A DNA stretch of 64,000 nucleotides from Macrostomum lignano (taxonomy: Eukaryota): the NCBI GenBank assembly GCA_002269645.1, contig NIVC01000027.1, positions 868,001-932,000 of the forward strand. The letters are read 5' to 3'. The notes under the pieces were generated by a model. It saw nothing but the letters and a program-made list of their open reading frames with translations. It did no database searches and was not told where the DNA came from. The position numbers and the translations under genes are program-made. Each line of letters opens with the position of its first letter. Within the stretch, counting starts at the first letter, position 1. Shown here piece by piece: positions 25,251 to 36,644 of this stretch.

Positions 25251-25769
25251 AAGTCCTAATGAAGAAGTAATGGAAGTCCTTTCTCTCCTCTCCTTTCTGA
25301 TCCCCTAACTTTTACTTCACAAAACCTAAAAAAGGTAGAAAATGTGTATGGAATTACATTCATTACCTACCTGAGACCGGTCCCATCGATACTTGCACTG
25401 TGCGATTGGCAAGCAGCGCTAAAATTTTCAAGTCGCTCATTATTTTTGCTTTAATCGAATAAAATCTCTTTTTGCGGTTTAATTAATAATTTAATCACCA
25501 TCATTTTTATTCACCTGCCGTCTAGCGAACCGATTGGCAAAAAAATGCATCGCCCTGCTCACCAATGTTTCTGAAAATGATTGCCTAATTGTAACTGATA
25601 AACTTACGCTCGCATCCTAACAGTTTGCATGAGCAGCTTGCAAATTAAAGTTCGACCCAACTTTTTATGCCACTGTGATGCAATTGGACATGTTGGTGGA
25701 TTCCCAACCAGGTGGACAATGTTCATTCCCTGTCTTTGTAGCTCTCACTGTCTTTTATCTCTCTTCCTT

Positions 25770-26280
25770 TACATATCTCTCACCCCTCTCTTATGTCTCA
25801 ACCCCTCTCTTTTCTCTCAACCCTCTCTTATCTCTCAACCCCTCTCTTATCTCTCAACCCCTCTCTTATCTCTCAACCCCTCTCTTATCTCTCACCCCTC
25901 TCTTATCTCTCACCCCTCTCTTATCTCTCACCCCTCTCTTATCTCTCACCCCCTCTCTTATCTCTCAACCCCTCTCTTATCTCTCACCCCCTCTCTTATC
26001 TCTCAAACCCTCTCTTATCTCTCACCCCTCTCTTATCTCTTACCACCTCTCTTATCTCTCACCCCTCTCTTATCTCTCACCCCTCTCTTATCTCTCAACC
26101 CCTCTCTTATCTCTCAACCCCCTCTTATCTCTCAACCCCTCTCTTATCTCTCACCCCTCTCTTATCTCTCACCCCTCTCTTATCTCTCACCCCTCTCTTA
26201 TCTCTCAACCCCTCTCTTATCTCTCACCCCTCTCTTATCTCTATTTTAGCTAACTCTCTGTCTCCAGCCCTTATCTCAAT
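25770..26280. repeat. Pyrimidine-rich 18-20 bp repeat (CTCTCTTATCTCTCA[A]CCC)
   Basis: Direct. Confidence 0.93.
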
Positions 26281-26666
26281 AACTTCGAGACTTTAAAAGC
26301 CAACTTATTGTCTTTTTCTTAAGTCAACTTTGTACAGAGCCTTGAAACAGACAGCGGAAACCCAAACCTTCGGATCAATGCTAAGTTCGTATCAGGCTGC
26401 TTGAGCGAATGATTTCTGCGTAATCCGTTGTTAATCTGAGTGAGTTCCCTTTTTTCCTTTGTCGCGCGAGTCCTGTTGTTATTGCTCCCTTCGTTTCAGT
26501 TATGCTTTTTTTCTACAGCAGATCTTATTTTGCAATTTTGTGCAGTTAACATTTTACTCTGGATAACAAATACACCTGGTTGCTGTCACAGCGGCCCTTG
26601 CTGATTGACTGCCTTTGAGCACTGAGAAGTCCAGTGTTACACATCTGATTATTTTTGGGGTGACTA

Positions 26667-27180
<514 letters not shown>

Positions 27181-27745
27181 TATAGATATCTTTCTTGTCT
27201 ATTTATAGATTGTCTATCTATCTATAAATAAATCTATTTATAGATTGGCTTTCCAGCTGCCTTAATCGTTTCCGGTGATCTTGTGTGCGTGCATTCAGCT
27301 TGATTGGCTGCGGCAAGCAAGCTCGAAAGAGCTCGCTTCGCTCGCTCTTTCTCGCTATCTACTATCTATCTATCTATCTATCTATCTATGTATCTATGTA
27401 TCTATCAAACGCCAGTCGGTTACTAAATTTTATCGTATTGAAATTCTTGCAACTTCAATGCTATGTATTTGAGTCAAACTTTTCGTATTTCTTTTCAAAC
27501 TTTTCAAATAAGAGTCAAACTTTTTGAGTCAAACTTTTCGTATTTACAATTTACAGAAGTTACGCATGGTTACTAGCAAGGTTTTTTTCGCCTTCGTTTA
27601 GTCTCACCGTTTTAGGAAAACTGATTGAGTCTTCTATCCAATAGAATAATTTGAGTAAGCTAAAAGCACATTGAAGAGCCTAGAGCGAAAGAGAGAAGAT
27701 ATCCAAGTCAAATGGTGAAAAAAGAAATTTATTGAGTTCGCGAGC

Positions 27746-29065
27746 TCAGCCGGTTCCCTCAGCCCCGGCAGCGCCCCCTCGTTGGTAGGTGCCCAGCCTG
27801 AGGGCGGCCATCCGCAGCACCTGGTCCGTCTCCTTGACGTCGGAGCCGCGCCACGCCCGGGTGTACGGGTTTCGCCGGTCCTCCGGCAGGTCCGAGGGTC
27901 CATAGCGAGTGTCCCCCGGGCCGCCGAACATGCTGAGCCCCTGGCCAGAGAGGTCCTCGCGCGGCGGCAGAGAGACTGGATTGTGCGAGCTCAGCCTGTC
28001 CATGCTGTCCAGCTGCGACAGCGTGTTCTGCAGCTCCCTGCCCAGAGTCTTTTCGAGCTCGCGCTGGTTCTCCATCAGGCCGAGGATTTGGCGCTGCAGC
28101 ACCGCCACGCTCTCCTCCATGGTGAGCTTGGCCTGGCGCATCCGGTCCAGGTAGGCCTCCCTGGTGAGCCGCTTGAACTTGGCGATCTCGCTGTTGGGGT
28201 TCAACTCGTACGGGTCGTCCTCGTAGAGTTTGCCGTCGCGCTGCATCAAGTTGACGCCGTCCAGACTCTCTAGCCGGCTGAGCATGCTCTTCACGGCCTC
28301 CTGGTAGCCGGGGTGATTGCTCATTGGATTGTTCTTCGCAGTCAGGACCGTCAGCAGCGGCAGTGCCGTGAGAATCTTAACCGTGAACTCCAGATCGTGT
28401 ATCGAGTTGTGGCTGAGGTCCAGCGAGTTCACGGCCTTGCAGGTGGTCAGGGCGGTGATGTTGGCGATGCGGTTCCGACGGGCCGACAGTTCGCGCAGCT
28501 TCGGCAGCGCCTGCAGGCCTTCCAAAGACGCGATCTCGTTGCCGTCAACGTGCAGCTGCTCGAGGTTCGGCAGCGGTGGCAGCGAAGCCAGCGATTTGAG
28601 ACAGTTGTGGTTGAGCCTGAGCTCTACCAGCTTGCGGCAGTAGGCCAGGTCCTGCAGCCCGGAGATCTGGTTGAATCCGAGGTCAAGAAAGCGCAGAGTC
28701 GGCAGCACCTGCAGGCCGTGCAGCTCCGTGATTCGATTCAGCGATGCGTTTAGCGCTCGAAGCTGACGAAATGGGCTCAGAGTGTCGTCGTCCAGCGAGT
28801 AGATGTCGTTTAGCGACACGTCGATGAGCAGAACGCGCGACGGCTGCTCAATGACTGGCAATGAGGACAGCGTAGGTTTGGCGTCGTCACCCCAGCGGAA
28901 GCTCCAGCGGAAGTAGGTGATGAAGCACATCCTCAAGTCCAGCTGGTAGTAGTTGTCAAGCCGGCACTCCCACGAGTCGGGCACCTTGGGCAGGGCGGTT
29001 ATTCGCTCGTCAACGAATCTGGACGACAGATCGTTGGGCGCCCGCGGCTTCAGGCGGGTGTCCAT
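27746..29065 (-). CDS. Leucine-rich-repeat protein (about 8 SDS22-type LRRs + LRRcap + coiled coil), single long coding exon
   Basis: 439-aa ORF with repeated LxxLxLxxNxIxxL (LRALNASLNRITEL, LRFLDLGFNQISGL, LVELRLNHNCLKSL, LEQLHVDGNEIASL, VNSLDLSHNSIHDL), cap NNPMSNHPGYQEAV...LESLDG and a heptad-rich segment. An in-frame acceptor (TTCAG|GTT) at 29107 may add an upstream exon. Confidence 0.85.
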   Translation of the reverse strand: MDTRLKPRAPNDLSSRFVDERITALPKVPDSWECRLDNYYQLDLRMCFITYFRWSFRWGDDAKPTLSSLPVIEQPSRVLLIDVSLNDIYSLDDDTLSPFRQLRALNASLNRITELHGLQVLPTLRFLDLGFNQISGLQDLAYCRKLVELRLNHNCLKSLASLPPLPNLEQLHVDGNEIASLEGLQALPKLRELSARRNRIANITALTTCKAVNSLDLSHNSIHDLEFTVKILTALPLLTVLTAKNNPMSNHPGYQEAVKSMLSRLESLDGVNLMQRDGKLYEDDPYELNPNSEIAKFKRLTREAYLDRMRQAKLTMEESVAVLQRQILGLMENQRELEKTLGRELQNTLSQLDSMDRLSSHNPVSLPPREDLSGQGLSMFGGPGDTRYGPSDLPEDRRNPYTRAWRGSDVKETDQVLRMAALRLGTYQRGGAAGAEGTG

Positions 29066-29589
29066 GGCGATGGGCGGCTTCTGGCTGTGCTCTCTGGCTG
29101 TGCGAACCTGAACTCAACTCTGCTTTGAGCCTACTCTAAGACAGGCTTTTAGAGAGCGAGTTGGAGAGAGAAATGAGCAGCCCTGACTTAGAAACGGAGA
29201 GAGAGAGAGGAAAATGGTTAGATTAGGTGGCAGCAAGAAGACGAGTTAAATAGAGATTGAGAGAGTTGAGCACAAATGTGCACCTTGAGAACGGAGTGTG
29301 CGGCGGAGAGTGTGGAGCTGAGATGCGCTTTTCTGAGCACAACTGAGTTGCCAGTGCAGAGCTCTGGTTTCCATGCTAGCGGCATGTGGGTAGTGTGACA
29401 GAAATGGTTGCACACCATTTAGCGAAAAGCATATTTTGAGTTGGCTGACTTTTCAGACTCCTTACTTCAATTTTTTATATTCTTCAACAAATTATCGCTA
29501 GAAAGTATAGTGTTAAAATATTGCTGTATAAAATCCAGATCGTTAAATGAATTTCTATAAAACCGACAGAATACAGTGACATGACAATT

Positions 29590-30660
29590 TTAATCACTGC
29601 TCTTGAGAATCACTCTAAAAATCGCATGTGAGAACTACTCAGAATACCGACTCTGAAAATCGCCCTTGAGAATCGCCTTTGAGTATCGTCCTTCAGAATC
29701 GCCCCTGAGAATCATCCCTGAGAAACTTCACTGAAAAAGGTATCCGAGAATCACCCCTTGAGAATCACCCTTGAGGATCACAGCTTGAGAATCACCCCTT
29801 GAGAATCACAGCTTAAGAATCATCCCTTGAGAATCACCCCTTGAGAATCACCCTTAAGGATCACAGCTTGAGAATCACCCCTTAAAAATCTTTCCTTGAG
29901 AATCACCTCTTGAAAATCACCCCTGAGAATCACAGCTTGAGAATCCCTCCTCCTTAGAATCGTCCTTCAGAATCGCCCACCCTGAGAATCGCCCTAAGAA
30001 TCACCCCGGAGAAATGCACCTGAGAATCGCCCTCGATAATTGTCCCTTCCTTAGAATCACGCCCTTCAGAATCACCTTTGAGAACCACCCAATGAGAATC
30101 ACTCTCTGAAAATCAACCCATAAGAATCACCACTTGAGAATCACCCCTGAGAATTGCCCCATCGCCCCAAGAATCGCCACAGAAAATTGCCTCCTTGAGA
30201 ACCACCCCGGAGAAACACACCTGAGAATCACTACCCTGAGATTGGCCACCCTGAGAATCACTCCCATCTTCTCCGAGAATTGCCTCTGAGAATCAGTCCT
30301 GAGAATCAACCCTGAGAATCAACCCTGAAAATCAACCCTATCCTGAGAATCACCCCTGAGAATCAAACCTATCCTGAGAATCACTCCTCTCTTAATCACG
30401 ATTGAGAATCGCCCTTGGGAATCGCCCTTGGGAATCGCCCTTGAGAATCGCCCTTGAGAATCGCCCTTGAGAATCGAAAATGAGAATCGAAAATGAGAAT
30501 AGAAAATGAGAATCGAAAATGAGAATCGAAAATGAGAATAGCATAAAACACATTGGGAATCGCCCTTGAGAATCGCCCTTGAGAATAGCATAAAACACAT
30601 TGGGAATCGCCCTTGAGAATCGCCCTTGAGAATAGCATGAATCGCCCCGGAGAACAACTC
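29590..30660. repeat. Degenerate about 13-bp repeat with core GAGAATC(A/G)CCC
   Basis: Direct; same core as the 23-bp satellite downstream. Confidence 0.88.
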
Positions 30661-31364
30661 CGCAAGTCTGCAAACCTCTGTAAATCGCCATTGAGAATCG
30701 CCCCAAAAATCGCCTTTAACTTAAAAAATCTGTCCATAGCAAACGCATCTTATCCCAGACAATCGCCCAATATCGCCCAAGATCTCTACAACATCTTCAG
30801 CAGAAATTCCCTCCGCGAAAGGCATCACATTGCTGCACGATCTCTCACTCCGCGCTTTCCTTCCCACGAGTAGGATGTACTTTAACAGAAAGTCAGTTAG
30901 TTTCGCGGATATTTTCAAGTGGAGACCAATTAAGTTAGAAGCAAAATGTTGCAGAGCATTGCAACCAAATCGCAGCCACTGGTGCTCCAACTGTGTCTAT
31001 TAAAAGTGCATTGGCCAGGAATAGAGAGCCAGACGAACTCAAAGGTCGGTACTTCTCTGAGGTGGGATGTGAAGATTAAAATGGGAAAAAACGGTTGGCC
31101 TCTCTGTCCACCTACTCAAACGGACTGCCTGCCCAGCCTGCGGTCTGCGGAAACTCAAAAACACAAAACTCCTGTAGGCTAAGGGGGGAGAGAGGGACAG
31201 GAGAGAGTGGAGGGGTCGCTGCTCATGGAGTTCTGGAGTTAGAATTTGGAATGAGCAACATGCAGCCTTAGTAGAGCTTTTCTAACTATGAAAATGACCT
31301 TTTCTGTCATTTAAAAAATGTTACTATCTTTGAGATCCGCTCTACTCATGAAAATCGCCCAGCA

Positions 31365-33222
31365 CTCAGGTGAGAATCACCCTAGTAACCAGGTGAGAAT
31401 CACCCTAGTAATCAGGTGAGAATCGCTTTAGTAATCAGGTGAGAATCACCCCAGTACTCAGGTGAGAATCGCCCCAGTACTCAGGTGAGAATCGCCCCAG
31501 TACTCAGGTGAGAATCGCCCCAGTACTCAGGTGAGAATCGCTCCAGTACTCAATTGAGAATCGCCCCAGTACTCAGGTGAGAATCGTCCCAGCACTTAGG
31601 TGAGAATCGCTCCAGTACTCAATTGAGAATCGCCCCAGTACTCAGGTGAGAATCGCCCCAGTACTCAGGTGAGAATCGCCCCAGTACTCAGGTGAGAATC
31701 GCTCCAGTACTCAATTGAGAATCGCCCCAGTATTCCATTGAGAATCGCGCCAGTACTCAATTGAGAATCGCCCCAGTACTCAATTGAGAATCGCCCCAGT
31801 ACTCAGGTGAGAATCGCCCCAGTACTCAGGTGAGAATCGCCCCAGTACTCAGGTGAGAATCGCCCCAGTATTCAATTGAGAATCGCCCCAGTATTCAATT
31901 GAGAATCGCCCCAGTACTCAGGTGAGAATCGCCCCAGTACTCAATTGAGAATCGCCCCAGTACTCAGGTGAGAATCGCCCCAGTACTCAGGTGAGAATCG
32001 CCCCAGTATTCAATTGAGAATCATCCCAGCACTTAGGTGAGAATCGCCCCAGTACTCAGGTGAGAATCGCTCCAGTACTCAATTGAGAATCGCCCCAGTA
32101 CTCAGGTGAGAATCGCCCCAGTACTCAATTGAGAATCGCCCCAGTACTCAGGTGAGAATCGTCCCAGCACTTAGGTGAGAATCGCCCCAGTACTCAGGTG
32201 AGAATCGCTCCAGTACTCAATTGAGAATCGCCCCAGTACTCAGGTGAGAATCGCCCCAGTACTCAATTGAGAATCGCCCCAGTACTCAGGTGAGAATCGT
32301 CCCAGCACTTAGGTGAGAATCGCCCCAGTACTCAGGTGAGAATCGCCCCAGTACTCAGGTGAGAATCGCCCCAGTACTCAATTGAGAATCGCCCCAGTAC
32401 TCAGGTGAGAATCGCCCCAGTACTCAGGTGAGAATCGCTCCAGTACTCAATTGAGAATCGCCCCAGTACTCAGGTGAGAATCGCCCCAGTACTCAGGTGA
32501 GAATCGCTCCAGTACTCAATTGAGAATCGCCCCAGTACTCAGGTGAGAATCGCCCCAGTACTCAATTGAGAATCGCCCCAGTACTCAGGTGAGAATCGTC
32601 CCAGCACTTAGGTGAGAATCGCCCCAGTACTCAGGTGAGAATCGCCCCAGTACTCAGGTGAGAATCGCCCCAGTACTCAATTGAGAATCGCCCCAGTACT
32701 CAGGTGAGAATCGCCCCAGTACTCAGGTGAGAATCGCTCCAGTACTCAATTGAGAATCGCCCCAGTACTCAGGTGAGAATCGCCCCAGTACTCAGGTGAG
32801 AATCGCTCCAGTACTCAATTGAGAATCGCCCCAGTACTCAGGTGAGAATCGCCCCAGTACTCAGGTGAGAATCGCCCCAGTATTCAATTGAGAATCATCC
32901 CAGCACTTAGGTGAGAATCGCCCCAGTACTCAGGTGAGAATCGCTCCAGTACTCAATTGAGAATCGCCCCAGTACTCAGGTGAGAATCGCCCCAGTACTC
33001 AATTGAGAATCGCCCCAGTACTCAGGTGAGAATCGTCCCAGCACTTAGGTGAGAATCGCCCCAGTACTCAGGTGAGAATCGCCCCAGTACTCAGGTGAGA
33101 ATCGCCCCAGTACTCAATTGAGAATCGCCCCAGTACTCAGGTGAGAATCGCCCCAGTACTCAGGTGAGAATCGCTCCAGTACTCAATTGAGAATCGCCCC
33201 AGTACTCAGGTGAGAATCGCTC
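31365..33222. repeat. 23-bp minisatellite (CAGGTGAGAATCGCCCCAGTACT), about 80 copies with recurring variant blocks
   Basis: Direct; paralogous array at 49332-49955. Confidence 0.96.
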
Positions 33223-33804
33223 AGATAAAAATTGTCCAATACAAGATGAAATTGAAGCTACAGCACCCCAGATACCGTGACTCTAGATCGCCATGAAACT
33301 GTGGGATTTGCTTGGTTGCTATTAGCAACCGAAAGGGACTCAGACTCTTTTTAACTGGGCAGTGCTCAACTCAGTTCTGTCTTCTAGAAGGAAGCAAGGC
33401 AATAGGAGGGGCAAAGGACTGTAGCGGGGTAGAGGAGAATGAGGCGGGAGTGAATAATGCATGGGGGCAGTCCAGTGTTAGAAGACTCAAGGAGACTCAG
33501 AGGCGAGGTAAGAAGGCCGGCTGAGAGCTGTAAATATTTGGCACGGTCGGCCCAGCTGGACACGGTGGCTTGTAGCTCACGATGCAGAGAGTTCCTCAGC
33601 CTCCACCGCCCACCCCACAAGTTAAATAAGCCGTCAGCGCCAGTCTGAAAGGTTGGTCCTTCATGATGCTTTAAAGAGTTCTCATTTTAGAAAAAGTGTG
33701 TTCATTAGAATTTCTTGTTTAATACAATAAGCAGCGCGTTAAACCCTGCATATGCTACTGAGGGGTGTAATTGTAAACTTTTTAGCTTCTACCTGGTTGG
33801 AATT

Positions 33805-34950
33805 AAATGCAATCAGGTCACTCTAAATGCAATCAGGTCACTCTAAATGCGATCAGGTCACTCTAAACGCGATCACGTCACTCTAAATGCGATCAGGTCA
33901 CTCTAAATGCGATCAGGTCACTCTAAATGCAATCAGGTCACTCTAAATGCAATCAGGTCACTCTAAATGCGATCAGGTCACTCTAAACGCGATCACGTCA
34001 CTCTAAATGCAATCAGGTCACTCTAAATGCGATCAGGTCACTCTAAATGCAATCAAGTCACTCTAAATGCGATCAGGTCACTCTAAATGCAATCAGGTCA
34101 CATTAAATGCAATCAGGTCACTCTAAATGCGATCAGGTCACTCTAAATGCAATCAGGTCACTCTAAATGCGATCAGGTCACTCTAAATGCAATCAAGTCA
34201 CTCTAAATGCGATCAGGTCACTCTAAATGCAATCAGGTCACATTAAATGCAATCGGGTCACTCTAAATGCGATCAGGTCACTCTAAATGCGATCAGGTCA
34301 CTCTAAATGCGATCAGGTCACTCTAAATGCGATCACGTCACTCTAAATGCGATCAGGTCACTCTAAATGCGATCAGGTCACTCTAAATGCGATCAGGTCA
34401 CTCTTAATGCGATCATCAAGTCACTCTAAATGCAATCAGATCACTCTAACTGCAATCAGGTCACTCTAAATGCGATCAGGTCACTCTAACTGCAATCAGG
34501 TCACTCTAAATGCGATCAGGTCACTCTAAATGCGATCAGGTCACTCTAAATGCGATCAGGTCACTCTAAATACAATCAGGTCACTCTAAATACAATCAGG
34601 TCACTCTAAATACTACCAGGTCACTCTAAATACAATCAGGTCACTCTAAATACTATCAGGTCCACTCCAAATGCGATCAAGTTACTCTAAATACAATCAG
34701 GTCACTCTAAATACAATCAGGTCACTCTAAATACAATCAGGTCACTCTAAATACTACCAGGTCACTCTAAATACAATCAGGTCACTCTAAATACTACCAG
34801 GTCCACTCCAAATGCGATCAAGTTACTCTAAATACAATCAGGTCACTCTAAATACGATCAGGTCACTCTAAATACAATCAGGTCACTCTAAATACAATCA
34901 GGTCACTATAAATACTACCAGGTCCACTCTAAATGCGATCAAGTTACTCC
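33805..34950. repeat. 20-bp minisatellite (TCACTCTAAATGCAATCAGG), about 57 copies
   Basis: Direct; paralogous array at 50400-52072. Confidence 0.96.
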
Positions 34951-35444
34951 AGCTTAGTTCAAAAAGCAATTTTGGAAAGTACGGTTTGTACCTGTCTTAC
35001 ATCAATAGCAACTAAAATAGCAACTCGAATTTCGCATTTATAACAACTCTATTTAGTCTACTCCAGTTGGAAAGTTAAACAATAGCACAGCTTCTCTTGG
35101 ATGACTTCACGTTTCTTTTACGATTACGCAACTTCCGTGATGCACTCTTGACTCAACAGTCGCCTCTCCATTGCATTTACAGTCATTTGAGTCGTTAAAA
35201 AGTCACAAGAGTTGTACCAGTATATACAAAATCTGAATAATCTCAAGCGTCCTATGCTACTTAATATTTCGTCACCAAGTATTCCTTTTTGTCACCACTC
35301 AAGACGAAGGCATTGAGCTTTATGCCTTCCGACCGAGGCAAGGCGCATAATTTTTCTATTTGACTATATCAAATTGAGAAAGTAGGTGCTGTTTAGAATC
35401 AAATATAGCAAAGGATAAATTTCTATGGAAAATTGCATTCCGTT

Positions 35445-35740
35445 TTATTGGACCGGACCGTGAGGAAACTCGTTTCGAAGATGGCGACGCAGTTCATTCA
35501 GGGTGCAGAACGGGTTGGGCTCGAGCTTCTCTTGCAGAAAAACTTTCATTTCGTCGTCAATTTTGCGGTTTCCTTCTTTCCTTCCTCCACGTGGAAGCGC
35601 TTCAAGTCTCCCTTCCTGTTGATAGGCTTTCACAATTCGGTATGCAGTGGACACAGGCACTTGCAATATTTTGGCTGCCTCCTTTAGTGACGAACCCTGG
35701 TCAATAGCAGAGATCAGACGTTGTCTGAGCGAAAGTACAC
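35445..35740 (-). mobile_element. Truncated IS630/Tc1/mariner-type transposase fragment (N-terminal HTH only)
   Basis: LRQRLISAIDQGSSLKEAAKILQVPVSTAYRIVKAYQQEGRLEALPRGG...LEPNPFCTLNELRRHL is the bipartite HTH typical of this superfamily. No DDE domain or paired TIRs found. Confidence 0.7.
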
Positions 35741-36644
35741 GCAGAAAGAAAAAATAGCGACGTAAACAAACGAACGAAGCAACGAACGAACCAGCGAGCG
35801 AAGGGGGGGGGAGGGTAAGAGAAATTCTCATTTTGAGTGTTCTTTAATCGTTTTGAATGTCTATTGTTTATGGTCTTAAAGCAAATGTTTGGGCCACGGA
35901 TAGCGCAAGCCATGGGGGAATGTCTATGTGTTCTCGTTTTGAGAGTGTGATATTCTCATTTGGAATGACAAATGCTATACTAGCTTACCGTTCGTGTGGG
36001 AATTACTAACTATTAACCGTTAAATGCTCGCATTCACAACAGGTCCTACCTAATCTACATGGCTAGGAGAACACAGGCCAACAGTACCCGTTCTAATAAT
36101 AATTATCGTGCCTCTCTTTTTAGAAGATGCAGAGCAAGCTGGCACAAATCATCGCTTCTTTTGAATTTGAAACTCAGGCTGGTGCTTACATTTATTCCTG
36201 CTTGCAAAGGCCCTCGCCTGTGCGTTATTGATGAGATACTGGCGCGTAGTGAGCACTACCGTAATAATGGGACAGCGGAACGGAAGATGCAGTCTTCTTT
36301 CTCAAAAAAAGTTTAAACAATAGCTTAGACACACATGAATTCCAAAAAGAGATGTTTGCCCAGCTCTCCAACTATGCACGCAAAAACTTACTCAAAGAAA
36401 TTCCCGAGCGCCCGCTTGCTAATTAGGAATTTTCAGACAAACCGTTGGGAGAGATGGAGCGACGAGAATAAAGCCAGCTTCTAAACTGCTTGGCAACGCG
36501 TGAGTTGAAAACTGAGGAGAAAGGATGCAAACGGCTATACTTTAGGAGCCCCACTCAGGGACGAGCGCCATTGCAGAAGACCTCGCCTTTGGCCTCTTTA
36601 GCAACCAAAAATTGCAACAATCTTCCGAGTAGCTCCTGCCTGCA

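Noticed and set aside
27782-28753. Plus-strand ORFs of 163 and 146 aa
   Set aside because: Antisense shadows of the GC-rich LRR coding exon.
35308-35332. Hairpin GAAGGCAT/ATGCCTTC as a Helitron 3' end
   Set aside because: No CTRR terminus at the expected distance; 8-bp stems arise by chance.
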